Below are positions 10,046-18,401 of a stretch of 32,000 nt of DNA, in pieces. A program made the position numbers and the translations under genes. The notes under the pieces are model-generated. The model was not told the DNA's origin. It was given only the letters and a program-made list of their open reading frames with translations, and did not search any database. Location: NCBI GenBank assembly GCA_025340205.1, contig CP006868.1:780001-812000 (forward strand), read 5' to 3'. Positions within the stretch are counted from its first letter, which is position 1, and each line of letters opens with the position of its first letter. The stretch comes from Ignicoccus pacificus DSM 13166 (GTDB taxonomy: Archaea; Thermoproteota; Thermoprotei_A; Sulfolobales; Ignicoccaceae).

Positions 10046-10104
10046 AATCTCAGAGATGCGGGGTTGACCTCATCAAGTCGGTACCGGGGTTTCACATCAT
10101 AGAT
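10046..10104 (-). ncRNA. Candidate C/D box sRNA
   Basis: Minus strand 5'-ATCT ATGATGT GAAACCCCGGTA CCGA C TTGATGA GGTCAACCCCGCATCT CTGA GATT-3': C-like box, 12-nt guide, D'-like CCGA, C'-like TTGATGA, perfect D box CTGA, ATC/GAT terminal stem, followed by a T-run. The D'-C' spacer is unusually short and the C box is imperfect. Confidence 0.4.
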
Positions 10105-10153
10105 GGCTCAAGCGAGAGCCCGCAGTCATCAAAATCCTACGATGTCGGAGTCT

Positions 10154-10468
10154 TCATCGCCTCCTTAGCTGTATCTCAATATAGACATTACCGGGTACCT
10201 TTATCCTCATTATGTTCTTCATTACTCTCTCGTTTAACTCTACATCGATTAACCTCTTGTGAATCCTCATTTCCCAATGCTCGTAAACCTTAGTTCCTTC
10301 TCCGTGAGGAAGCCTTAGGGTAGATATCTCGAGGCGCTTGGTGGGAAGCGGTACGGGTCCTCTAACCTTAACTCCTAGCTTAGTAGCTGTTTCCTTGATC
10401 TGCTTAGCCACGTTGTCTAGTGCCTTCACGTCAGTACTCCACAACCTTATTCTGGCCATGGTGACCAT
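10154..10468 (-). CDS. rps10: 30S ribosomal protein S10
   Basis: [71 protein letters not shown]. Confidence 0.95.
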   Translation of the reverse strand: MVTMARIRLWSTDVKALDNVAKQIKETATKLGVKVRGPVPLPTKRLEISTLRLPHGEGTKVYEHWEMRIHKRLIDVELNERVMKNIMRIKVPGNVYIEIQLRRR

Positions 10469-10510
10469 ACTCGATCCCCCGCAACTCGATCCACTGGAGG
10501 CTATTAAGGC

Positions 10511-11152
10511 TCACAATCTCTTCAACTCCTCTATGTTTATTCCATCTTTAGTTATTGAGTAATACGCCGCAAATGGATTTCTGGGAGTCCTCGATTTACT
10601 TAACTTTATTATTCTCTCAACTCTGAGTCCCGCCCAGTATGTCTCGAACCTTATCACGAGCTCCGCTAACGCTTCCAAGGTTGCTATTGACGCTGGTATT
10701 CCCCTGTCCTTAATTACAGCCATCACTAGTATGACGTTACTTGCTGACAGCATGTTTAATGTACGATAGATTAACTCTACCTCTGCATCAAGCCAAGCAG
10801 TTGAGTCCACTAGAATCAGAGGATACGCTGTTATCATCTCAGCTATCTTAGCGAAGGCGTCGGCGCTGTTATCGACCTCTTCATACTTCCACAAGTTTCC
10901 TTCTTCAAGGGATCTTACGGCGATACCCATACTTTCAGCTATCTGTCTATGATATTCTGCGTTCCCTTTGTCTATAACAAAAGCTATCCTTTCTCCTCTT
11001 TCACTCCATGACTTAGCGATAATGTATAGGAATAAGTGCACGTGGGAGTCGGGATCACCGACGAGTAGCTCGAGGCTGCCCAGAGTGACGTTTCCCACTC
11101 TAACGTCAAAGACGGGTATGCCCAACCTTATCGATCTAATGGCAGCTGCCAT
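10511..11152 (-). CDS. RadA/RecA-superfamily-like protein with apparently degenerate Walker A
   Basis: GSLELLVGDPDSHVHLFLYIIAKSWSERGERIAFVIDKGN has the shape of a RadA Walker A region. LILVDSTAWLDAEVELIYRTLNMLSASNVILVMAVIKDRG resembles Walker B and the following segment. Start likely ATG at 11152 (MAAAIRSIRLGIPVFD), not 11272. Confidence 0.5.
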   Translation of the reverse strand: MAAAIRSIRLGIPVFDVRVGNVTLGSLELLVGDPDSHVHLFLYIIAKSWSERGERIAFVIDKGNAEYHRQIAESMGIAVRSLEEGNLWKYEEVDNSADAFAKIAEMITAYPLILVDSTAWLDAEVELIYRTLNMLSASNVILVMAVIKDRGIPASIATLEALAELVIRFETYWAGLRVERIIKLSKSRTPRNPFAAYYSITKDGINIEELKRL

Positions 11153-11223
11153 CTTAACGGCTCCCAATAGGTAACCTCGTTTCAAAAATAAGGATTTCAA
11201 GTGGTCAGTAAGGGACGACGACT

Positions 11224-11583
11224 TTGGTAGACACGACCACGTTGTTACTTTATGGGGGACTAATACTGACAATATTGCTGACCACCGTTACTGCATATTA
11301 CCTAATGTATACCGCAATGATCAACGCATATAAGGACTTGATAGTAACCGTTGCTAAGGAGTACGAGCGTACCTCTACTCTCTATGCACAATTGTATTTA
11401 CAATACTTGGCCCTCCTGAAGGAATACCTCAACTTGACTGCTCAATACAGCGCTCTTCCACCGAACTTACCTTCACCACCACCCCTAGACATACCGAAGC
11501 TCCCGTTCTCGATTTCAGTGAGCATGCCTAACCAAATAGCAATACCGATACCGAACGCCTGGCCTCCTCTGCCCACTACTTGA
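11224..11583 (+). CDS. Membrane-anchored protein with proline-rich C-terminus, unknown function
   Basis: N-terminal TM LLLYGGLILTILLTTVTAYYLMY, Tyr/Leu-rich helical segment, then LPPNLPSPPPLDIPKLP...NAWPPLP. Confidence 0.55.
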   Translation: MVDTTTLLLYGGLILTILLTTVTAYYLMYTAMINAYKDLIVTVAKEYERTSTLYAQLYLQYLALLKEYLNLTAQYSALPPNLPSPPPLDIPKLPFSISVSMPNQIAIPIPNAWPPLPTT

Positions 11584-11590
11584 AAGCCTC

Positions 11591-11596
11591 TTTTTT
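11591..11596 (+). terminator. T-tract (T6) just after the 119-aa ORF
   Basis: Sequence tgaaagcctcTTTTTTgata immediately after the stop codon, consistent with archaeal oligo-T termination. Confidence 0.35.
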
Positions 11597-11616
11597 GATA
11601 CTAACAGGGGCATAGT

Positions 11617-13995
11617 ATGAAGTTCTACATTTTTGATGTAAGTTACGAGGTGGAAATGCATAAACCCGTTATCCTAATGTGGTCAATTGATGAGAAAGGG
11701 AGGAGAGTCCTACTTAAGGATCCTCGTTTTCGACCTTATTTCTACGTGATTCCGATGAACGAAGCTGATATTGATGATCTAAAGAGGAAGATATTAACAT
11801 TGAGTAAACCCAAGTCACCGATAATATCGATAGATATACAGAAAAAGAAGTTTATAGGTAAGGAGATAACTGTTCTAAGGGTCACTACAGTACTCCCCGA
11901 GTCAGTGAGAAGTTATAGAGAAGAGGTAAAGAAGTTAAAGGAGGTAAAGGACGTTTTAGAGGCTGATATAAGATTTGCTATGAGATATATTATTGACAAA
12001 GATATAAAGCTAAATTCATGGCATGAAGTTGAGGTACGTAGCAAGGGAAGAGATCCTAAATATAGAGTTGAAGAGGTCTTCGAAGTCCTTAGTGATCCTA
12101 AAGCTGTAGAAGGTAAGGATGAAAAGCCAAAATTAAGACAGTTGGCTTTCGACATAGAGGTTTATAATAAGGACGGAGCCCCTAAGGCAGAGCGCGATCC
12201 TATAATCTCCATTGCCTTGGTCTCAGAAGACTTCAAAGAAGTTAAGATAGCAGACAACAAAAATGATCGAGAACTACTACTCTATTTCAGGAAGAGAGTT
12301 CTTGATTATGATCCGGACTTAGTGTATGGGTACAATTGCAACAAGTTTGATTGGCCATTCATAATAGAGAGAGCCAAGTTAAACGGGGTATCCATAGACG
12401 TCGGAAGGAAGGTTGGTGTTCCTCCCAGCACCGGGGCTTACGGTCATGTATCTTTGCCCGGTCGACTAAACGTAGATGTATATGATTTTGCGAAGGATGT
12501 TTATGAGGTGAAGGTTAAGACTTTAGAGAACGTGGCCGATTATTTAGGTGTTGTAAAGAAGGATGAGAGAGTAATCATTCCAGGTCACGAAATTTACAAG
12601 TACTGGGAAGATCCTTCTAAGAGAGAAATATTGAAGAAATACAACTTAGACGACGCACTCTCAACATTCTTATTAGCACAACTATTTGTACCCTTCGGCG
12701 AACAGCTCTCGTATCTCACTGGCTTACCCTTGGATCAAGTAGGAGCGGCCTCAGTAGGTTTTAAGGTAGAATGGTATCTAATACGAGTAGCTTACAAAGT
12801 GGATGAGCTTGTACCCAATCGTGTGGAAAGAAGAGCTCAGAGCTACAAGGGTGCAATAGTTCTCAGGCCTAGGCGCGGCGTTCATGAAAACGTAGCTGTG
12901 TTGGACTTCTCATCAATGTATCCTAACATAATGATAAAGTATAACGTAGGTCCAGATACCTTAGTGAGGCCTGGGGAAAAATATGATCCTGATGAAGTAT
13001 ATGTTTCACCTATAGGTCATATGTTCAAGAAGAAACCGGACGCCTTCTTCAAAATATCCTTAACACAGTTGTTGAAAATGAGGAAGGAAATTAAGGAGAA
13101 GTTAAAGTCCTTAGACCCGGAAAGTCCCCAATACAAGCTCTTGGATGAAAGACAAAAGGCTGTGAAGGTTCTAGCAAACGCTCACTACGGTTACATGGGA
13201 TGGAGTCATGCTAGATGGTATTGTAAAGAATGTGCTGAAGCCGTCACCGCTTGGGGTAGGGAACTTATACTAAAGTCAATAGAACTTGCAAGGAGTTTAG
13301 GCCTCGAGGTAATCTATGGCGACACGGATAGCTTGTTCGTGAGATACGACAAGGAGAAGGTCGAGAAGCTGATCAAGTTAATACAGGAAAAGTTAGGTTT
13401 TGAAGTAAAGATCGACAAAATATACAAGAAACTCTTCTTCACAGAGGCGAAGAAGAGATACGCCGGCATTTTGGAGGATGGTAGAATAGACATAGTCGGC
13501 TTTGAAGCAGTAAGGGGTGATTGGGCAGAGGTCGCTAAAGAAGTTCAAGAAAAGGTAATTGAATTGATATTAAAAGAAGGTAATACCGACGAGGCTATAA
13601 AATACGTTAAAGATGTAATTGAAAAGCTAAGGAAGGGAGAGATAGATATCGAGAAATTGGTGATCTGGAAGACGTTGGAAAAAGACTTCTCTGAATACAA
13701 AACGGAACCACCTCACGTCGTGGCAGCGAAAAGGGCTCGATTGAAAGGGTATGAATTTAAGAAAGGCGATAAAGTCGGTTATGTAATAGTAAGAGGGAGT
13801 GGAAAGCTTGCCCAAAGAGCTTGGCCCTGGTTTATGGTCGATAAATCGAAGATTGACGTGAACTATTACATAGATCATCAAGTAATTCCCGCTGCAATGA
13901 GAATTCTCGGCTACTTTGGAATAACGGAGACATCGTTGAAAGGCATGGAGGGAGGATTGTGGACTTTCCTTAGGAAGAAATCAAGAGGAAGGTAA
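11617..13995 (+). CDS. polB: Family B DNA polymerase
   Basis: 3'-5' exo LAFDIEVYN, motif A DFSSMYPNIMIKYNV, motif B KVLANAHYGYMG, motif C YGDTDSLFV. C-terminal GGLWTFLRKK resembles a PIP motif. Confidence 0.95.
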   Translation: MKFYIFDVSYEVEMHKPVILMWSIDEKGRRVLLKDPRFRPYFYVIPMNEADIDDLKRKILTLSKPKSPIISIDIQKKKFIGKEITVLRVTTVLPESVRSYREEVKKLKEVKDVLEADIRFAMRYIIDKDIKLNSWHEVEVRSKGRDPKYRVEEVFEVLSDPKAVEGKDEKPKLRQLAFDIEVYNKDGAPKAERDPIISIALVSEDFKEVKIADNKNDRELLLYFRKRVLDYDPDLVYGYNCNKFDWPFIIERAKLNGVSIDVGRKVGVPPSTGAYGHVSLPGRLNVDVYDFAKDVYEVKVKTLENVADYLGVVKKDERVIIPGHEIYKYWEDPSKREILKKYNLDDALSTFLLAQLFVPFGEQLSYLTGLPLDQVGAASVGFKVEWYLIRVAYKVDELVPNRVERRAQSYKGAIVLRPRRGVHENVAVLDFSSMYPNIMIKYNVGPDTLVRPGEKYDPDEVYVSPIGHMFKKKPDAFFKISLTQLLKMRKEIKEKLKSLDPESPQYKLLDERQKAVKVLANAHYGYMGWSHARWYCKECAEAVTAWGRELILKSIELARSLGLEVIYGDTDSLFVRYDKEKVEKLIKLIQEKLGFEVKIDKIYKKLFFTEAKKRYAGILEDGRIDIVGFEAVRGDWAEVAKEVQEKVIELILKEGNTDEAIKYVKDVIEKLRKGEIDIEKLVIWKTLEKDFSEYKTEPPHVVAAKRARLKGYEFKKGDKVGYVIVRGSGKLAQRAWPWFMVDKSKIDVNYYIDHQVIPAAMRILGYFGITETSLKGMEGGLWTFLRKKSRGR

Positions 13996-15378
13996 GAGTA
14001 TAAAGACACCCTTCGGCCTTCTGGTGATTCTGGTCATCCTCTTTGCAATCACCAATCTGGGTTCGTTATCATCTTGGCTCAAAGCGTCCAAAAGCCTTTG
14101 AGTTATCACACCATCCATTACCACCGCAGCAACTCCTTTAGTAGTCAATATCTCATCTACAACATTTCTTGTAGGAACCCTCTTTATGAGCCTCCAGTTC
14201 TTATCGTACAACACTGCTTCCAAGGTACCTGTTAGTTCCTTTAACATGTTTAGCGCTTCATCCGGGACGAACATCTTGTATTCCCTCACCTCCTCCTTTG
14301 GTTTCGTGATCTCAGTCTTGGTTACGACCTTTTCACTAACCTTTTCTGGAGCCTTCTGTGCCTCCTCCTTCATCTCTTGCTTTTCTGCTTTCTGTTCCAC
14401 CTTTGGTGCCTTGACTACCTTAGTTGTCTCCTTCTGTTCTGCCTTCTTCTCAACCTTCTCCTTCTTAGCTTCTTTTACTACTTCCTTCTCTTTCTTTTCG
14501 ACTTTTTCGAGGATCTCCTTGAGTTCTTTAACCTCTGCTTGTTGTTGTTGCTCCATCTTCAAGAGTTCCTCTTTGACCTTGCTCGCCCTCACCAAGTTGC
14601 TAAGTGCCTTAGCTATCTCTCTTCCGGTTAGGTCCTCTACCTCTTTTCCTGGAGGAGCACGAGCAACGTAATCGATATCAGCTTGATGAAGTAGCTCCTT
14701 CAATATCATGGTACCTCCTCTGTCACCATCCACGAATGCTATGGCAACTTTCTCTCTAGCTAGCTTCTTTATGGTCTCTGGTATCTTTGTAGTAGCTCCC
14801 CCTAGGGCTATCGCGTTAGTGTAACCGTACCTCAGCAAATTGATAACGTCAGCTCTTCCTTCGACGATGATCACGGTGTCTGACTTCTCTACGTCCGGTC
14901 CAGCAGGTAATCTCTCAGGACCGTACTCGATCAAGCTGGCGGTTTTTGCTTGCTCGCTTATCTCTCTAAGTATCTCCCTCACATCGGGTGTCTTTTCTCT
15001 ACCCCACTTCCTCAATATTTCCTTAGCTCTTTCAATTATCTCCTTTATCTTCTGACTCCTCACATCAATTATGTCTATAACTCTTATCTTGGCTGGATAG
15101 GGGCCTACCTTCTCAACGCTTTCTATCAATGCTGCTAGAAGGGCAGTCTCTACCCTATCGAGATTAGAAGGAACGAGTATCTCTCCTACTACCTTATTAT
15201 GATGCTTCTGCGTGATTTTGACGATAATCCTACCTATTCTATTTTTGTCTTGGAGCTCCCTTAAGTCGAATTGATCTCCAAGAAGACCCTCAGTCTGACC
15301 GAAGATGGCACCTATGATGTCGTGTTCGGTAACAGGTCCATCAACCTCGACGCTAGCTTTGATAATGTACTTAACCAT
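13981..15378 (-). CDS. dnaG: Archaeal DnaG-type (TOPRIM) primase
   Basis: VKYIIKASVEVDGPVTEHDIIGAIFGQTEGLLG, TDTVIIVEGRADVINLLRYGYTNAIALGG, VAIAFVDGDRGG. Long E/K-rich linker before a conserved C-terminus. Confidence 0.95.
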   Translation of the reverse strand: MVKYIIKASVEVDGPVTEHDIIGAIFGQTEGLLGDQFDLRELQDKNRIGRIIVKITQKHHNKVVGEILVPSNLDRVETALLAALIESVEKVGPYPAKIRVIDIIDVRSQKIKEIIERAKEILRKWGREKTPDVREILREISEQAKTASLIEYGPERLPAGPDVEKSDTVIIVEGRADVINLLRYGYTNAIALGGATTKIPETIKKLAREKVAIAFVDGDRGGTMILKELLHQADIDYVARAPPGKEVEDLTGREIAKALSNLVRASKVKEELLKMEQQQQAEVKELKEILEKVEKKEKEVVKEAKKEKVEKKAEQKETTKVVKAPKVEQKAEKQEMKEEAQKAPEKVSEKVVTKTEITKPKEEVREYKMFVPDEALNMLKELTGTLEAVLYDKNWRLIKRVPTRNVVDEILTTKGVAAVVMDGVITQRLLDALSQDDNEPRLVIAKRMTRITRRPKGVFILLPSS

Positions 15379-15560
15379 AGTCCCTACCTCTGTCTCCAGT
15401 CCTTAAACTTCCGTCGTGTGGTAGCATAAGCACTCTATATTAGCTAATAGGGTGAAGAGTACGATAGAACCTAAGATTCCAGCCTCCTAGCTCTATCTCA
15501 GTCCTAACACAGCAGTTCTGGGCACATGGTAATATTGTTGTATTGCTGGTAAGTGAAGGA

Positions 15561-15629
15561 TTAAGAATCCTCGAAAATATGCTTCGGTAATCAAAGGTTA
15601 CCATAAGCTATATCGCTGAGGATTCTTAA
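15561..15629. other. Long hairpin-forming element (candidate ncRNA or regulatory structure)
   Basis: TTAAGAATCCTC-gaaa-ATAT-GCTT-c-GGTAA-tcaaagg-TTACC-at-AAGC-t-ATAT-cgct-GAGGATTCTTAA: 25 complementary bp in 69 nt. Confidence 0.7.
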
Positions 15630-15667
15630 GGACTCATGTAATGTTGATTTAAAGGTCTCAAGTAATG

Positions 15668-15677
15668 ATTTATAAAC
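15668..15677 (+). promoter_or_regulatory. Putative TATA box for the Cren7-like gene
   Basis: TTTATAAAC about 52-60 nt upstream of the ATG at 15729. Confidence 0.45.
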
Positions 15678-15728
15678 AAGGATTCCGATAAGATGTATTG
15701 GGAATAAGCAGAGGAGAGGTGAGAGGCA

Positions 15729-15899
15729 ATGCCCAAGTGTCCCAAGTGCGGTGCGGAGGTAGATCAGCCCATTAAGACTTGGCTCCTCGCCCCCAAGGGA
15801 AGGAAGGGAGTCATCATAGGCCTGTTCAGGTGCCCCAACGGGCACTATTTCAGAGCCAAGGTAGGCGAGGCACCTCCTAAGCAAGAGGAGACCGCTTAA
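15729..15899 (+). CDS. Cren7-like small chromatin protein with putative zinc-binding residues (not in ORF track)
   Basis: 56 aa: [63 protein letters not shown] at 15716-15722 is 6 nt upstream of ATG. The [14 protein letters not shown] core resembles Cren7. Confidence 0.8.
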   Translation: MPKCPKCGAEVDQPIKTWLLAPKGRKGVIIGLFRCPNGHYFRAKVGEAPPKQEETA

Positions 15900-15926
15900 G
15901 GGGCGAGGAGTCCCACATGACCACTC

Positions 15927-15932
15927 TTTTTT
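15927..15932 (+). terminator. T-tract (T6) after the Cren7-like gene
   Basis: ccactcTTTTTTacacc, 28 nt beyond the stop codon. Confidence 0.35.
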
Positions 15933-15968
15933 ACACCATCTTTCCTCCTATCCTCGGGTAAGGCCATC

Positions 15969-17213
15969 ATGGGGTACAAAGTCAAGAACATCGAGCTCGC
16001 AGCACAAGGCAACTTGAAGATAGAGTGGGCAATGTCCCACATGCCCGTCGTAGTCTCGTTAATGAAGAGCTGTGCTGATGAAAAACCGTTCGCTGGTATA
16101 ACAATCTCCGCCGTTCTCCACGTGACCAAGGAAACTGCCGTGCTAGTCAAAGCCTTGAAGGAGTGCGGAGCTAGAGTATTGTTAGCTGGAAGCAATCCCT
16201 TGAGCACACAAGACGATGTAGCAGCAGCGCTAGCCCAGAGCGGTATAGAGGTTTACGCGTGGAAGGGTGAGACCGAGGAGGAGTACTGGTGGGCTATAAG
16301 AAAGATCATCGAGGAAGGTAAACCCGATATAGTAATTGATGATGGAGGGGACCTTCATGCCACAATACACAAGGAATATCCAGAGATAGCCGAGAAGGTC
16401 ATTGGCGGTACCGAGGAAACCACTACCGGCGTCATCAGACTTAGAGCTATGGAAAAGGACGGCGTATTGAAATATCCTGTTATAGCAGTCAACGATGCTC
16501 TAACTAAGTTTATGTTTGATAATAGATATGGAACGGGTCAGAGTACTATAGACGGAATACTGAGAGCCACTAACGTACTCATTGCTGGCAAGAAGGTGGT
16601 CGTCGCCGGATATGGATGGTGTGGAAGAGGCATTGCTATGAGAATGAGGGGCATGGGTGCCAGAGTTATCGTAACAGAGGTCAATCCGCTGAGAGCGTTA
16701 GAGGCGCTCCATGATGGGTTCGACGTCATGAGCATGGACGATGCAGCCAAGGTTGGCGACATATTCGTAACTGCTACCGGGAACCTCCACGTAATAAGGA
16801 AGGAGCACCTCCTCAAGATGAAGGACGGTGCCATATTAGCCAACGCTGGACACTTCAACGTCGAAATAGACGTTAAAGCGCTGGAGGAGTTGGCAGTTTC
16901 CAAGAGGAGGATTAGACCCTATGTCGATGAGTACAAACTGCCCGACGGTAGGAGACTATACTTACTCGCTGAGGGCAGGTTAGTTAACCTGGTAGCTGCT
17001 GAAGGTCATCCCAGTGAGGTCATGGACATGAGCTTCGCTAATCAGTTCCTCTCTGTAAAATATCTATTAGAGAACAAGGGTAAGCTAGAGCCCAAGGTAT
17101 ACAAGGTTCCCGCCGAGCTTGACGAAGAGGTAGCTCGCAGAAAGCTCGAGGCTATGGGCGTCAAGATAGACCAGCTCACAGAAGAACAGAAGCGCTATCT
17201 CCAGTCTTGGTGA
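15969..17213 (+). CDS. ahcY: Adenosylhomocysteinase
   Basis: [72 protein letters not shown]. Confidence 0.95.
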   Translation: MGYKVKNIELAAQGNLKIEWAMSHMPVVVSLMKSCADEKPFAGITISAVLHVTKETAVLVKALKECGARVLLAGSNPLSTQDDVAAALAQSGIEVYAWKGETEEEYWWAIRKIIEEGKPDIVIDDGGDLHATIHKEYPEIAEKVIGGTEETTTGVIRLRAMEKDGVLKYPVIAVNDALTKFMFDNRYGTGQSTIDGILRATNVLIAGKKVVVAGYGWCGRGIAMRMRGMGARVIVTEVNPLRALEALHDGFDVMSMDDAAKVGDIFVTATGNLHVIRKEHLLKMKDGAILANAGHFNVEIDVKALEELAVSKRRIRPYVDEYKLPDGRRLYLLAEGRLVNLVAAEGHPSEVMDMSFANQFLSVKYLLENKGKLEPKVYKVPAELDEEVARRKLEAMGVKIDQLTEEQKRYLQSW

Positions 17214-17217
17214 GTGA

Positions 17218-18087
17218 ATGTCTAAGATAGCGGTGATCGGGAACGCTAATGCCGATTTAATAGCTTTCGTTGATGATTTACCCGAACTTGATGAAGTAAG
17301 GGAAGCTAAGGACTGGACCATAATGCCAGGAGGTTCCGGATCTAATTTTTCCATAGCAGCTAGAAGTCTCGGAGCTAATGTGACTTTAATGACTGCCATC
17401 GGTAATGGCAAATTCTCTGAACTCGTGAAGGAAGTTCTTCTCTTAAGAGGCATCAATCTCTATGCTATTCCAAAAGATGGAGAACAATCAATAATATTCA
17501 TAGCCTCGACTCCTAGAGGCAAGGTAATGTATTCGTTGAAAGGGGTATCACATCAACTTCGACCCGAAGATCTCCCCGGTGAATTGGATGCCGATATCCT
17601 GCACGTCGCATCAAAGTCGTCATCTTTCGTTGAAAGGTATTTGGGGAAAATTCCCCTAAGCTATTCCCCTGGACCCTCGTGCTTCTATGAACCTAGAAGA
17701 GTTAGGAAGCTTGTAAGGGAGCTCGACTTCTTATTCGTAAACGAACCCGAGGCCAGAGCTCTAGGACTTCTGGAGGAACCGCGTCCACTCCCCAAGAAGG
17801 CTCTCGTAATAACTATGGGCGATAAAGGTAGTTTAGTAATAACTAAGGACTTCAAATTGAGGGTGGGTGTGTACCCGGTGGAAAGGGTGGTCGATCCGAC
17901 TGGGGCCGGGGACACCTATGCCGCTGCGTTTGTGGTGACATATTTGGAGACTCGCGACTTGGCAGAAAGCGCCAGGAGGGCTGCCGTAGCCGGGGCTTTA
18001 GCGGTTACAGTAGTTGGGGGTTCTGTTGTACTAAATAGAGAGGTCGTAATAAAAGAGGCCAAGAAGGTAATAGTGGAAAGGGAATGA
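17218..18087 (+). CDS. PfkB-family carbohydrate/nucleoside kinase
   Basis: GNANADLIAFVDDLP, MPGGSGSNFSIAARSLGANVTLMTAIG, and VDPTGAGDTYAAAFVV. Confidence 0.9.
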   Translation: MSKIAVIGNANADLIAFVDDLPELDEVREAKDWTIMPGGSGSNFSIAARSLGANVTLMTAIGNGKFSELVKEVLLLRGINLYAIPKDGEQSIIFIASTPRGKVMYSLKGVSHQLRPEDLPGELDADILHVASKSSSFVERYLGKIPLSYSPGPSCFYEPRRVRKLVRELDFLFVNEPEARALGLLEEPRPLPKKALVITMGDKGSLVITKDFKLRVGVYPVERVVDPTGAGDTYAAAFVVTYLETRDLAESARRAAVAGALAVTVVGGSVVLNREVVIKEAKKVIVERE

Positions 18088-18173
18088 GGAGGAGTCCGAC
18101 CACGATCGATGAAGAGAGCTCCATAGCCGACCCTCATTAAGCTTCCTTAAGTCGGGCTGGAAGGGGCAGAAAC

Positions 18174-18329
18174 GTGGTGGGACCCGAGATTATCCAGAAC
18201 AAAGGCCCTTTCCCTCCGACACCAGAGAACGTGTGGTTAGCGATAATAGCGGGTGCGATTTTTGGGGCTATCGTCGCTATAATCAGCGTTAGGGCGTTTA
18301 GGAAGGGTGGCGGCCCCGCCGGGATTTGA
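18174..18329 (+). CDS. Possible small single-TM protein (GTG start)
   Basis: V/MVGPEIIQNKGPFPPTPENVWLAIIAGAIFGAIVAIISVRAFRKGGGPAGI. Its last 19 nt overlap the antisense tRNA-Arg gene. Not in ORF track. Confidence 0.4.
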   Translation: MVGPEIIQNKGPFPPTPENVWLAIIAGAIFGAIVAIISVRAFRKGGGPAGI

Positions 18330-18401
18330 ACCCGGGACTACCGGCTTTCTTCGAAGGGCGCTTAGAAGGCCGGCGCCCTATCCTGGCTAGGCGACGGGGC
18401 C
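18311..18401 (-). tRNA. tRNA-Arg (UCU) with ~16-nt intron at the canonical 37/38 position
   Basis: Minus strand GGCCCCG...CCGGC CTTCTA[AGCGCCCTTCGAAGAA]A GCCGG...CCGGG TTCAAAT CCCGG CGGGGCC G. CUUC/GAAG helix supports a relaxed BHB-type splice site. CCA appears encoded (18308-18310). Confidence 0.9.

Noticed and set aside
11153-11272. Apparent 49-bp antisense overlap between the RadA-like ORF and the proline-rich ORF.
   Set aside because: The RadA-like protein most likely starts at 11152, so the overlap disappears.
14186-14671. 161-aa plus-strand Ser/Phe/Leu-rich ORF.
   Set aside because: It is a mirror of the E/K-rich dnaG linker read in antisense, a composition artefact.
15591-15884. Minus-strand 97-aa ORF.
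   Set aside because: It is antisense to the well-supported Cren7-like gene and part of the hairpin region, with no coding character.
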